A DNA stretch of 58,309 nt from Verrucomicrobiota bacterium. GTDB lineage: Bacteria; Verrucomicrobiota; Verrucomicrobiia; Limisphaerales; Palsa-1400. Positions 30,051 to 39,395 of this stretch are shown here, piece after piece. Each line of letters begins with the position of its first letter. Position 1 is the first letter of the stretch. The notes under the pieces were generated by a model that worked only from the letters and a program-made list of their open reading frames with translations, did no database searches and was not told the origin of the DNA. A program made the position numbers and the translations under genes. The stretch covers positions 1-58,309 of the forward strand of contig JBEKYR010000030.1 in NCBI GenBank assembly GCA_049510745.1. The letters run 5' to 3'.

Positions 30051-30631
30051 TGCCGTGCGCTCCTTGCACCCGGATTATTTCCTGGCAGCATTTGCCCGCG
30101 TTGACGGATTTGATGGGCTGATGATTTTGTGCATCTTGATTAACGCTGATTTCCCACCGGCATCTGCCAGCGGTGCTTTTCCCATTCAAATAATTCACGG
30201 CAAGCCAATCGCGCCTTCAGCAGCGCACAGGAACGCAATACTTGCTCCACTTCGGAATCAGGTCGAATTGGTTCGTGAATGATTGACGTGTCCGGGTCCT
30301 CCGGCGCGGGCTTGAACCACTCCATAACTCTGCTGTGTGGTTTCCGCATTTTTTCTGCGTTCACAGTTTGGGCAACGTAACATCGCTGAATTGGTGCTCG
30401 CCGCCCGGAAGAGCCATGGCGTCCCATCGCTCACGAAGGCCAGCCTCGAATTGAGAGGTGGCCTGTCGCCAACCAGTGTTTTGTTTCACGATTGATTGCA
30501 TGCGTCATTTCCTTTTTAGGCGTGAGCCGACCACAACTGAAAAGAGTGCCACGGATGATCGCCGCAATTAGCCTTCAACGGCACGGCGGCCAGATCGTGT
30601 CGGACTATTGGATGTTGCGCCTGTGATCGCC

Positions 30632-30967
30632 TCACACATGCAGTCGGAGTTGCGGCGGACGAACGGGGCGATTTTCAAGAGGGGTGAGAACAACCCATGG
30701 CCTGGACAGTACATAGTACACGGCGCAAGCGAAGAGAAGCCAACAGATGGCGCAGATCAGGAACGCTTGCCGGCGAAACGGGCCGCAGCCAATGCCGCGA
30801 AGCGTCCAATCATGGTGTCGGAAAACCCGGTCCCGGCGGATCGGCAGAACAAGCAGCCACAGCGGCAAGAGTGTAATCGCTTTAACCTGGGAGAGGCCCC
30901 AGGACAGCCCCAAGCGACGCAACGGCCTTGGCGCCGCCGATTCACGCGCGGTGCCGCGAGCGTTCAA
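30632..30967 (-). CDS. Small hypothetical membrane protein (uncertain)
   Basis: 111-aa ORF with two hydrophobic stretches in the tRNA-adjacent region. No recognisable motif. Confidence 0.3.
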   Translation of the reverse strand: MNARGTARESAAPRPLRRLGLSWGLSQVKAITLLPLWLLVLPIRRDRVFRHHDWTLRGIGCGPFRRQAFLICAICWLLFACAVYYVLSRPWVVLTPLENRPVRPPQLRLHV

Positions 30968-31089
30968 ATCAATCGACCGTCAACGGGCGCGAGCCCGCCG
31001 CCGGACGCGTTTGGTCGAACGGAAACAATTGGGGACCTCGAGGCAAACGGCAGGTCACCCCCCGAAACGACGGGAAACAGGGAGAAAAG

Positions 31090-31112
31090 TGTGACTACTC
31101 CTGTGACTACTC
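31090..31112. repeat. Tandem direct repeat TGTGACTACTC x2, possible integrase arm-type sites
   Basis: Copies at 31090-31100 and 31102-31112, about 45 nt beyond the tRNA CCA end. Confidence 0.55.
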
Positions 31113-31156
31113 GAGGGTCGAGCTTTCTTGACAGTGAACGTAAGTCGTTGATAATG

Positions 31157-31233
31157 TGGCGCACCCAGAAGGAGTTGAACCTTCAACCTTCTGATCCGTA
31201 GTCAGATGCTCTATCCAATTGAGCTATGGGTGC
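31157..31233 (-). tRNA. tRNA-Arg (ACG)
   Basis: GCACCCATAGCTCAATTGGATAGAGCATCTGACTACGGATCAGAAGGTTGAAGGTTCAACTCCTTCTGGGTGCGCCA: 77 nt, full cloverleaf, anticodon ACG, encoded CCA. Confidence 0.98.
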
Positions 31234-31442
31234 GCCCAAGGGCCGGACAGACTAATGAATCCCACGCCCGCTCCGCAAGCTCTTTTCCAGCCAATTCCAG
31301 CCATTTCTTCGAACCTTCGCGCCGCGAAGGAATCCAACATATCACATCCCGGCGCAACGCGCGCTGGAATTATTTTTCATTGGAATCTTTTTTTTGCCTT
31401 GTCCCGGTTGCAAAAGTCCGTCGCGGGCCTACCTTAACGGGC

Positions 31443-33158
31443 ATGGCAGAGTCCAAGAAGAAGCCGGTTATCGGGGGCCCACCATCCTCCAAATCCCTCT
31501 CCATCGACGGTCCCGAAACGCCGCTTTTGGAGAATGAATTGCTCGCCCGCGAACATCTCGAGGCGCTTTCCCTCTTGCAGTTGGTCGATATGATCGTGGC
31601 CAAACTCCCCCCCCGCCACAGCGCGATCATGGATATGGTTTATCTGCGCGATCGCGTCGCCGAGATCGAGGAGATCAATGATCAGGCCCGCCAAACCATC
31701 GAGAAACTGGACGCCGCCATCGAAAAATTGCGCTCGCCCGCCTTCCGCGTCGGCACTTTTCTCATGCCGCTCGAGCCGGACAAGGCGCATGTCTGCGCGA
31801 GCGGGACGGATTATGTCTGCCGCATCGATCCGCAGGTGCCCCTGGCCAGTTTGCAGGTGGGCCAGCGGGTGTTGCTCAATGAGGCTTTCGCCGTCGTGCA
31901 AGGTTTGGGCTTTGATCGCAACGGCCCCATCGTCCGTGTGGATGAATTGCTTTCGGGCGGACGCCTGCGCATCGGGCAGGAGTCCGGCTTGCTGACCTCG
32001 GTGCTGTTGCGCTCGGCTTTGCTGGCCAAGGAGAAAATCAAGCCGGGCATGGAAGTGCGGCTGGACGTCAACCAGCGGGTGGCGCTGGAGGTCATCGGCG
32101 TGGGACGCCGCATCGAGCGTTCGCTGGAAACGGTCACCGCCCTGCCCTGGACGGCCGTCGGCGGGCAAAGCGAAGCGGTGCAGGCGATACGGGACACCAT
32201 CGAATTGCCGTTTTTGCACCGGGAATTGTTCAAGCGCTTCGAGCACACGGTGCCGAAGGGTTTCCTTTTGCACGGGCCGCCCGGCTGCGGCAAGACGTTG
32301 CTGGGCAAAGCCACCGCTTACAATTTGCGCCAGCAAATCCGCGCCGAGACGGGCGTGGACCATCCGGAGTTCTTTTTGCACGTCAAAGGCCCGGAAATCC
32401 TCAACATGTGGGTCGGCGAATCCGAGCGCCAGGTGCGCGATCTCTTCGCCCAATGCCGCGAGCGGGCGGCGGAAGGGTCCCTGGCCTTCTTGTTCATCGA
32501 CGAGGCGGAGTCCATCCTGGGCACGCGGCGGGCGGGCCGTTACAGCACGATCCTGAGCACGTTGGTGCCGATGTTTTGCTCGGAAATGGACGGCTTGGAG
32601 CCGCTCCAAAACGTGGTCGTCATTCTGGCCTCCAATCGCGCCGATTTGATTGATCCGGCCATCCTGCGGCCCGGACGCATTGACCGGAAGATCAAGGTCA
32701 ACCGCCCCAACCAGGAGGGCGCCCGGCGCATTTACGAGATTTATCTCAAAGACTCGCTCCCTCTGGCCGAGCCGAAGGAGGTCATGGCCCAAGCCATCAC
32801 TGAACTGCACTATGCCAGAACGGTCGAGAACCAGTTCCTGGAAATCACCTACCGCAGCGGCAAACGGGATTTTCTTTACCGCGGCGACCTGGCCAGCGGC
32901 GCCATTATTGCGGCGATTGTCGAACGGGCCAAGAGCCTGGCCATCAAACGTTCCATTGAGACCAAGCTGGAGACGCAGTTGACCCGGGCCGACCTGGCCC
33001 AGGCCTTGCAGCGCGAGCACGCCGAGAATGATTTGTTTCCACCGACGGACATCACCGAGGATTGGCTCAAGCTGACGGATTTCGACCCCGAAAACGTCAT
33101 CAAGCTCGCCCCCATCCGGCCGCGCAAGAAGGACGCGCTCGGCGCGGGCATTGTTTGA
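31443..33158 (+). CDS. arc: Proteasome-associated AAA+ ATPase (ARC/Mpa family)
   Basis: N-terminal coiled coil and OB-fold region (LQVGQRVLLNEAFAVV). Also Walker A GPPGCGKT, VKGPEILNMWVGESERQVR, Walker B LFIDEAES, NRADLIDPAILRPGRIDRKIKVNRP and ASGAIIAAIVERAK. Confidence 0.92.
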   Translation: MAESKKKPVIGGPPSSKSLSIDGPETPLLENELLAREHLEALSLLQLVDMIVAKLPPRHSAIMDMVYLRDRVAEIEEINDQARQTIEKLDAAIEKLRSPAFRVGTFLMPLEPDKAHVCASGTDYVCRIDPQVPLASLQVGQRVLLNEAFAVVQGLGFDRNGPIVRVDELLSGGRLRIGQESGLLTSVLLRSALLAKEKIKPGMEVRLDVNQRVALEVIGVGRRIERSLETVTALPWTAVGGQSEAVQAIRDTIELPFLHRELFKRFEHTVPKGFLLHGPPGCGKTLLGKATAYNLRQQIRAETGVDHPEFFLHVKGPEILNMWVGESERQVRDLFAQCRERAAEGSLAFLFIDEAESILGTRRAGRYSTILSTLVPMFCSEMDGLEPLQNVVVILASNRADLIDPAILRPGRIDRKIKVNRPNQEGARRIYEIYLKDSLPLAEPKEVMAQAITELHYARTVENQFLEITYRSGKRDFLYRGDLASGAIIAAIVERAKSLAIKRSIETKLETQLTRADLAQALQREHAENDLFPPTDITEDWLKLTDFDPENVIKLAPIRPRKKDALGAGIV

Positions 33159-33210
33159 GCGCCGTCCGGCGGCGCGACGGCGCGCTCCCCTTCCCTGCCC
33201 GGCGAAGGCC

Positions 33211-34746
33211 ATGACAGAAATGATCATCCAGTTTGGCACCGAAACGGAAATCGGCATCGCTCGCGACCAGGAGGAGAACCTCGACGTGGTGGCCGAGTCG
33301 ATGGCCTTGGTGCGCAGCGCCACCAAATCCGGCGTCCTCATGCGGTGGGATTATGACTGCGAGGACCCGCACGCCGACATGCGGGGTTTTCGCGTCGAGC
33401 AACTCCTCCAAGACGAGGATGAAGCCTCTTACTTCGCGCGCGACGCGGAGCGCGGACTGAGTTTTGTCGAGATCAAAAGCGACCTGGTGCTGGGCAACGG
33501 CGCCCGCTATTACAACGATCACGCCCACCCGGAATACTGCACGCCCGAATGCAGCACAATCGAGGAATTGCTCGCCCATGACCGCGCCGGCGAGCGGATT
33601 CTGATGGGCTGCGCCCGCAAACTCTCCGAGGAGCGCGGCGCCGCCGTGCGCCTCTACAAAAACAACACTGACTTTCGCGGCCATAGTTACGGCTGCCACG
33701 AAAATTATTTGCTCCCGCGCTCGTTGCCGTGGGAAAAACTGGCCCGCGGCATCCAGGCCTTCCTGGTCTCGCGCCAGATTCTGGCCGGCGCCGGCAAATT
33801 CGCCCTCGAGGAGGAGGACCGCTTTGTCGGGCCGGGATTTCAAATCTCGCAGCGCAGCGATTTTTTCAGCGAATTGCAGAGCGTGGACACGATGCAGCGC
33901 CGGCCCATTGTCAACACGCGCGATGAACCGCACGCCAATCCCAATCTCTTCCGCCGTTTTCACGTCATCCTGGGCGATGCGAACATGTCGCCCTTTTCCA
34001 CCCGGCTCAAGATCGGCACGACGGCGCTGGCGCTGGAGGCGCTGGCCCGCCATCCCAAACGGCCCTATCCCCTCCTGGCCGATCCGCTGCGGGCGCTGAG
34101 GTCCATTTCGCGCGACCCAAAATTCCGTTGGGAAGTCGCCCTCGAGGATCACAAAGCGTCCAACGCCCTGGACTTGCAGCGCGCCTACTGGCGGGCGGTG
34201 ACCGAGTTGTGCGATCTGAGCGATCCGCGCAAAGCCGCCCTGGTCGCCGATTGGGACAACGTGCTGCGGGATTTGGAAACCGACCCAATGCGGTGCCGCG
34301 ACCGGCTGGATTGGGTGGCGAAATTGGGCTTGGTCCGCGAATTCCAGGCCAGCCAAAACCTCGGCCCCAACGATCCGTGGCTGCAAAGCCTGGACTTGGA
34401 ATATCATCGGCTGGACCGCGAGCACGGCCTTTACTATGCGCTCGAACAAGCCGGCGCCATGCTCGGAGTGCCGGAGGAAACGGCCGTGCGCCGCGCGATT
34501 TCCGAACCCCCGCGCACCACCCGGGCCTACATTCGCGGACGCTGCATTCAGAAATTTGCGCCGTCGGTCATCTCCGCCCAATGGGACCACATCACCCTGC
34601 AAGGCACCCACGGCCCGTTGAAGGTTTCGCTGCTGGACGTGTTCACGCCGGAACAGGTCTCGGCCCGCGCCAAAGTTGTCGATGCAGCCAGGTTTCCGGA
34701 CGATCTCCAGCCGATTGCGGAGGCCACGGAAGACTTCGGGCTGTAA
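33211..34746 (+). CDS. dop: Pup/UBact deamidase-depupylase Dop (PafA2 family)
   Basis: GTETEIGI, the Dop loop RWDYDCEDPHADMRGF, NGARYYNDHAHPEYCTPEC, YKNNTD..SYGCHENY, NTRDEPHA, RRFHVILGDAN, DLEYH and PPRTTRAYIRG. Confidence 0.92.
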   Translation: MTEMIIQFGTETEIGIARDQEENLDVVAESMALVRSATKSGVLMRWDYDCEDPHADMRGFRVEQLLQDEDEASYFARDAERGLSFVEIKSDLVLGNGARYYNDHAHPEYCTPECSTIEELLAHDRAGERILMGCARKLSEERGAAVRLYKNNTDFRGHSYGCHENYLLPRSLPWEKLARGIQAFLVSRQILAGAGKFALEEEDRFVGPGFQISQRSDFFSELQSVDTMQRRPIVNTRDEPHANPNLFRRFHVILGDANMSPFSTRLKIGTTALALEALARHPKRPYPLLADPLRALRSISRDPKFRWEVALEDHKASNALDLQRAYWRAVTELCDLSDPRKAALVADWDNVLRDLETDPMRCRDRLDWVAKLGLVREFQASQNLGPNDPWLQSLDLEYHRLDREHGLYYALEQAGAMLGVPEETAVRRAISEPPRTTRAYIRGRCIQKFAPSVISAQWDHITLQGTHGPLKVSLLDVFTPEQVSARAKVVDAARFPDDLQPIAEATEDFGL

Positions 34747-34890
34747 AATTTCACGCATTCACCGGAAAAAACCTACACTTTTCCGCGAATTCTGGTGGGG
34801 GGTGCCATTACCGCATATTCATATAAAAAAAGTGTAAGAACCTTATTATCAGTGTCTTATACGAATTCCATCCGCAGAAGTCCAATTCCG

Positions 34891-34906
34891 TGGCATTCTT
34901 CATGCT
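34891..34906 (+). promoter_or_regulatory. Sigma-54 (-24/-12) promoter
   Basis: TGGCATTCTTCATGCT (GG-N10-GC), 21 nt before ATG 34928 and preceded by an AT-rich tract. Confidence 0.68.
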
Positions 34907-34927
34907 ACACGCAAGGTAGTTAATAGC

Positions 34928-35137
34928 ATGAAACAAGTTGATACAGCACTGATCGAAGCGGAAACAGAGGCCGTCCCCCACCTTCATGTGGTTGCCACGC
35001 CCAATGGCGCGGCCAAAAAGGACCTTCCGCCGGCTCCGTTCGTGCTGCCCTCGCGTCTGCGCAACGGCCACGCGCGCCCCGAACTGGCCGCTTTGGGCTG
35101 GGAATCCAGGGGGCAGCGTTTGACAGCCGCAAAGTAG
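34928..35137 (+). CDS. Small hypothetical protein (69 aa)
   Basis: ATG directly after the sigma-54 motif. Fills the gap up to the convergent GH28 stop. Confidence 0.6.
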   Translation: MKQVDTALIEAETEAVPHLHVVATPNGAAKKDLPPAPFVLPSRLRNGHARPELAALGWESRGQRLTAAK

Positions 35138-35145
35138 TGTTTGGT

Positions 35146-36453
35146 TCACCTCTCGGCGCGGTCGTCCACCACTTTCCCGTTCACGGTCACGTCCACTAAG
35201 CGCAATCCGGGAGCGTGCCGGATGACAAACCCCTCTTCGGCCTCGATCGACACCTTTTCCAGCGTAATGTTCTGAATCGGGATTTTTGGCAGGCCAACAA
35301 TGTTCCCCGCCGCCCCGGCCTGCCGCGCCGTCAGCCCGCGCACGGTGATGTCCCGCACCACGGGCGTTCCTTTGTCGGGCGGCGGCAAGGCGCGGAATTC
35401 TTCCGGCAGCCAGGTGGTGCCGTGGGCGTCCATGTTGAAACTGAAGATCGACCGCACGTTGTCCGCTTCGATGTTTTCATAGACGATGTCCTCGATCACC
35501 CCCCCGCGGCCCATGCGGCTTTTGAACCGGACGACGCTGGCGCAGTTGTCGTCCGCCCGGCAATCGGAAATGCGCACGTGCCGGATGCCGCCGGAGGTTT
35601 CGCTGCCGAAGGCAACCATCGAGGCCGAATAGCCGACCCGGCAATGGCGGATGACGACGTTTTCCGTCGGGCGATTGACCCGCAAACCGTCGGCGTCCCG
35701 GCCCGATTTGAGGCAAATGCCGTCGTCATCGTTGACCACGTCGCAGCCGTCCACAATCACGTTGCGGCTTGAGTCAATATCAATTCCATCCGAGCTGGCC
35801 GCGTGGACCGGCCAGTGGGGGTCGCGGATGATTAGGTTGCTGGCCACCACGCCGTCGCAATAAGTCAATTGCAGCGTCCAAAAGGGCGAATTGCTCAACG
35901 ACAGCCCGGCCACCGTCACGTTGGTGCAGCCGAAGACGTGGATTAGGCGGGGACGGGGCACCTTGAAATGGGGATCGATCCCGTCGGGTTCCTGGGCGCG
36001 GATTTCCCAATACCGGCGCCACCACGGCAGCCCGGCGCCGTCGATGACGCCCCTTCCGGTGATCGACAGGTTGCTGAGCGACTGCGCGTTGAGCAGGGCG
36101 GCGGGCCATTTCATTTCCAAGCCCCCGATGCGGGTCTGGATCCAGGGATAATCGTTGGTGTTCTGTGAACCTTGCAGCACGCCGCCCGGCGCGATCTCGA
36201 GGTTGACCCCTTGCTTGAGGAAGAGCGATCCCGTCAGAAAGACCCCGCCGGGAACCACCACCGTGCCGCCGCCCGCCCCGGCGCAATGGTCGATGGCGTC
36301 CTGGATCGCCCGCGTATTGAGGGTTTTGCCATCGCCCACGGCACCGTCGTCTGTGATGGAGTGGACGGCGGTGCTGCCGCTTGCAGCCGCCTCCAGGGAG
36401 AAGGCGGCCAGCGCCACCGCAAGAAATATTTTCGCGGGCATGGACCGGTTCAT
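35146..36453 (-). CDS. Glycoside hydrolase family 28 (polygalacturonase/rhamnogalacturonase-like)
   Basis: Signal peptide, GAVGDGKTLNTRAIQDAID, SSDGIDID, NDDDGICLKSGRD, FGSETSGG and RFKSRMGRGG. Start MNRSM overlaps the upstream stop. Confidence 0.93.
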   Translation of the reverse strand: MNRSMPAKIFLAVALAAFSLEAAASGSTAVHSITDDGAVGDGKTLNTRAIQDAIDHCAGAGGGTVVVPGGVFLTGSLFLKQGVNLEIAPGGVLQGSQNTNDYPWIQTRIGGLEMKWPAALLNAQSLSNLSITGRGVIDGAGLPWWRRYWEIRAQEPDGIDPHFKVPRPRLIHVFGCTNVTVAGLSLSNSPFWTLQLTYCDGVVASNLIIRDPHWPVHAASSDGIDIDSSRNVIVDGCDVVNDDDGICLKSGRDADGLRVNRPTENVVIRHCRVGYSASMVAFGSETSGGIRHVRISDCRADDNCASVVRFKSRMGRGGVIEDIVYENIEADNVRSIFSFNMDAHGTTWLPEEFRALPPPDKGTPVVRDITVRGLTARQAGAAGNIVGLPKIPIQNITLEKVSIEAEEGFVIRHAPGLRLVDVTVNGKVVDDRAER

Positions 36454-39119
36454 TTTGAAAACTCCACGGGGGTGAGCGGGGCCAATGTCACCGGCCCGAT
36501 CAGCCCCGCCTCGGCCAGAGGCCAGTCCGACGCGTCGAACGGCCTGTAATCCAGATTGACAAAATTGATGTCGTGGAATGTTTTCCACTTGACACCGCGC
36601 CGGTCCAGGTCGCGGATGCGGTTGGCGCACCCGTTGCGGACCTCGACTTCCAGGAGGTTGCCCGTGCGTTTCAAGCGGGTCACGACCGCGGAAAACGGCG
36701 GTGTGAAAAGACAGCCCACGTCCCGCCCGTTGAGCCGGACGCGCGCGCTTTGGCACACCTTCCCCAAATCGAGCCGCCAGCTTTTGCTCCGGCCCGGCGG
36801 CGCGTCGAAGCGCAGCGCATAGACCGCTGCGCCGGCAAATCGTTGTGCGTTCGCGTCGGGCGCCCCGGTCCAGGAACCCAGTTGGTTGGTGCTGAACGAG
36901 GCGGGCAGTTCGGGGCCGCCTTCGACAAATCTCACCTGCCATGTTCCGCCCAGCCGGACCGGTTCCGCCGCCGCCTTCCAATACGGCCAGCGCGGCCCGT
37001 GGAGTGTGCGTTCGGCCAGCAGGCGCACGAAAAGGGATTGTCCGGGCGCCAGTTGGAGATAGACGCGCGCGGTGCCGAGCGAGGACTGGCGCAGGGCGCC
37101 GACGCCCGTGCCGCCGGTCATTGGATCGAGAATCACCGCCGTCTGGGCCGGCGTGGCCAGCGGCAGCCAGCCCTCGAACGCCTGCTCGCCGCGATTGGCG
37201 ATGAAGTAAACCCCTCCGTCATCCCCGGCCCGGCGGATACACATCAAGCCGCCCTGGTCCAGCATGGTTTCCCGGCGAATCTGCGCGGCGTCCAAACCCG
37301 CCTGCAAATCGCCGCTCAAAAAGCGGGCGCCACCGCGAGCCTTGAGTTCCCTTAGTTCCGCCCGCCGTTTTTCCACGTCCTTCAATCCGGGCGCGTCTGC
37401 CGGGAGCGGCCCTTCGAAAATCACCACGGCTCCGGCGTCGGCCAGCGCGACGAGGTTGCTCAGGGTGGACACTGGAATATGTTCGCAACGCGGGACGACG
37501 ATGGCGCGGTAGCGGCCACCCGGAACCTGCACCAAGCCGCCCGCTGCCCGCGTCGTGGAAAGTTGCCGGTCCGAAACGAAATCGAATTGATAGCCGCGGT
37601 TCCAAAGCCATTTGGCCGTCTTGCCGACGGGCTGGCTGCCGAGCCATCGGTCGCCATGCACGGTCAATTCCAGCACCATGCCGTCAGGCTGGCTCCAATA
37701 ATCGTGGATCGGCCAGTAAAGCAGCACGTCGTTGTCGGGCCGGCCGGATTGGAGGATGGACTGGCAGCGGGCGGCGTAGGCGTTGAGGGCCGGAGCATCG
37801 GGCCAGATCGAGTTGCGCGGGTTCATCTCGAAGGAAGCGTAGAAATGCCAGCCCGGCCACCCCGCCTCGTCCGGCGAGTAACAGGCGCCGTGGAAAAAAA
37901 TGTGATTGATGCCGCTCAGGAAAAGGTCGTCCTCCAGGTATTTCATGTCCGCCAGCGTTTCGGTGAAATGTTCCTTCAACCAGGTGCCCGTTTCGCTGGA
38001 GCAGAGGGAGCGCCCCGCCACGTGCCCGGCGGAGGAGGCGAATTTGGAAACCAGCTTGTCGCGGTCCAGATGAAACATCTCCGTCTCCGCGATATCCGCG
38101 TCGGCGTAGAGATCGAGCCAATTCCCCGGCGCGCCGTGCGCCTGGTAACGGGTCAGGAATCCCTTCTCATGCGACCACTGCACCCAGGCGGGGATCGATT
38201 CTTCCACCATCATGTCGGAAAGGGTTTCGCGGTAATCACATTTCACTCGCCCCGCCCGCTCGCCGCCTTGTCCGCCGAACAAGGCCGGCAGTTCCTCCTG
38301 CAAACGGTAGCCGCGCCGCCGCTCGAACTGGGCCAGCAGGTCCGGCGCCCAACTGGAGCGATACTCGTAGGAGTCCTGGTACTGCCCCCGCGGCTTGGGG
38401 CCGGTGTAGCTCTTGAACGCCTCGTCGAACCAGCGCAGGTAATTGGTCATCGCCGCCGCGTAAAACGGATTCAACATCCAGCCTTCCCCCCCCGGCGCGG
38501 CCCGCTTGACTTTCTGGCCGGAGGGCTTTTGCGAAATGGCGATAACATGCCACGGGCCGCCGTCGGTCTGCCAGTGAACCGAACCGGCGCCGTCGAGTTT
38601 TCCCAGCAGATCGAACTTTCCACCCTCCGGGTTGAAGGCCATCAAGGCCTGGAGCTTTTTCGGGTCAAACTTCTCCTCTAAGACCCCGCCGGCGGCAACC
38701 TCAAACTGTTTGACCACCGGGCTGGCGTTGGCCTCCTCGTCCGTGACCTGCGGTCCGCCAAAACACCAGCCGGTGCCGGTGGTCATATCGACGCCCATAT
38801 CCAGGCGGGCGCCCTCGCTCACCGTGAAGGCCAGCATCTCCATCCAGCGTGGCGAGAGGTAAGGGATGTATTTGTCTTCCCAACCCTTGGCGCCGTAGAT
38901 GGGGATGATATGGACGCCGCCCAGACCGGCGTCGTGGTAGCGGGCCAATTCGCGGGCGAGGTTGTTGGTATCGACGGCGCTGCCCATCCACCACCAATAG
39001 GCCCAGGGCTTTTGCAGGCGGGTCACGGGCGGCCAGCCGAGCGCGGCATCGGCTGCGGCGGCGGCCATCGGCCAGCCCGCCAAGGCGAGCAATAGCGCAA
39101 AGTGGAGAAAATGGGCCAT
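36450..39119 (-). CDS. Glycoside hydrolase family 106 (alpha-L-rhamnosidase-like)
   Basis: KPWAYWWWMGSAVD, GGVHIIPIYG, DMTTGTGWCFGGP, DSYEY, YQAHGAPG, IAETE, SSETGTWL and GINHIFFHG. Confidence 0.9.
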   Translation of the reverse strand: MAHFLHFALLLALAGWPMAAAAADAALGWPPVTRLQKPWAYWWWMGSAVDTNNLARELARYHDAGLGGVHIIPIYGAKGWEDKYIPYLSPRWMEMLAFTVSEGARLDMGVDMTTGTGWCFGGPQVTDEEANASPVVKQFEVAAGGVLEEKFDPKKLQALMAFNPEGGKFDLLGKLDGAGSVHWQTDGGPWHVIAISQKPSGQKVKRAAPGGEGWMLNPFYAAAMTNYLRWFDEAFKSYTGPKPRGQYQDSYEYRSSWAPDLLAQFERRRGYRLQEELPALFGGQGGERAGRVKCDYRETLSDMMVEESIPAWVQWSHEKGFLTRYQAHGAPGNWLDLYADADIAETEMFHLDRDKLVSKFASSAGHVAGRSLCSSETGTWLKEHFTETLADMKYLEDDLFLSGINHIFFHGACYSPDEAGWPGWHFYASFEMNPRNSIWPDAPALNAYAARCQSILQSGRPDNDVLLYWPIHDYWSQPDGMVLELTVHGDRWLGSQPVGKTAKWLWNRGYQFDFVSDRQLSTTRAAGGLVQVPGGRYRAIVVPRCEHIPVSTLSNLVALADAGAVVIFEGPLPADAPGLKDVEKRRAELRELKARGGARFLSGDLQAGLDAAQIRRETMLDQGGLMCIRRAGDDGGVYFIANRGEQAFEGWLPLATPAQTAVILDPMTGGTGVGALRQSSLGTARVYLQLAPGQSLFVRLLAERTLHGPRWPYWKAAAEPVRLGGTWQVRFVEGGPELPASFSTNQLGSWTGAPDANAQRFAGAAVYALRFDAPPGRSKSWRLDLGKVCQSARVRLNGRDVGCLFTPPFSAVVTRLKRTGNLLEVEVRNGCANRIRDLDRRGVKWKTFHDINFVNLDYRPFDASDWPLAEAGLIGPVTLAPLTPVEFSK

Positions 39120-39157
39120 GCCGCGCCAGAATGGCAGTACACCCTCTAATACACACG

Positions 39158-39174
39158 TCGCCAGAATTGGCGAT
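39158..39174. promoter_or_regulatory. Palindromic operator TCGCCA-GAAT-TGGCGA(T)
   Basis: Lies in the divergent intergenic region. A near-identical copy (16/17) is at 46272-46288. Confidence 0.72.
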
Positions 39175-39395
39175 ATACAAGCCGCTTTAGATAAACAATA
39201 CTGTTGCCCATATAAGCCTTTGGCCGCCGGAGAACCTTGGTTCTTTATCGGTTCGTGATGCCTCGTTGGAGTCACCAGACTCGGACAGCGTGGCGGTCGG
39301 GGCAAAGCAGCATTATGAAAAACCGGCAAAGTCTGAGACCCTCAATCCAGCCGCTGGCTTGCGGCAGCAAGAACCCCAAAAATAATCGATTCGCC

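Noticed and set aside
33211..34746. Calling this gene the ligase PafA
   Set aside because: It has the Dop loop and the DHAHPEY motif typical of Dop.
31434..34758. Long antisense ORFs (635 aa and 552 aa) opposite arc and dop
   Set aside because: Shadow frames of GC-rich genes. The plus-strand frames carry all the family motifs.
34747..34927. A hidden canonical UBact/Pup gene right after dop
   Set aside because: AT-rich non-coding sequence. No ORF ending in GE/GQ was found on inspection.
36622..36632. TTGGCGCACCC as a second att copy of the tRNA 3' end
   Set aside because: Only about 10 nt, inside the GH106 CDS and on the wrong side of the tRNA. A chance match.
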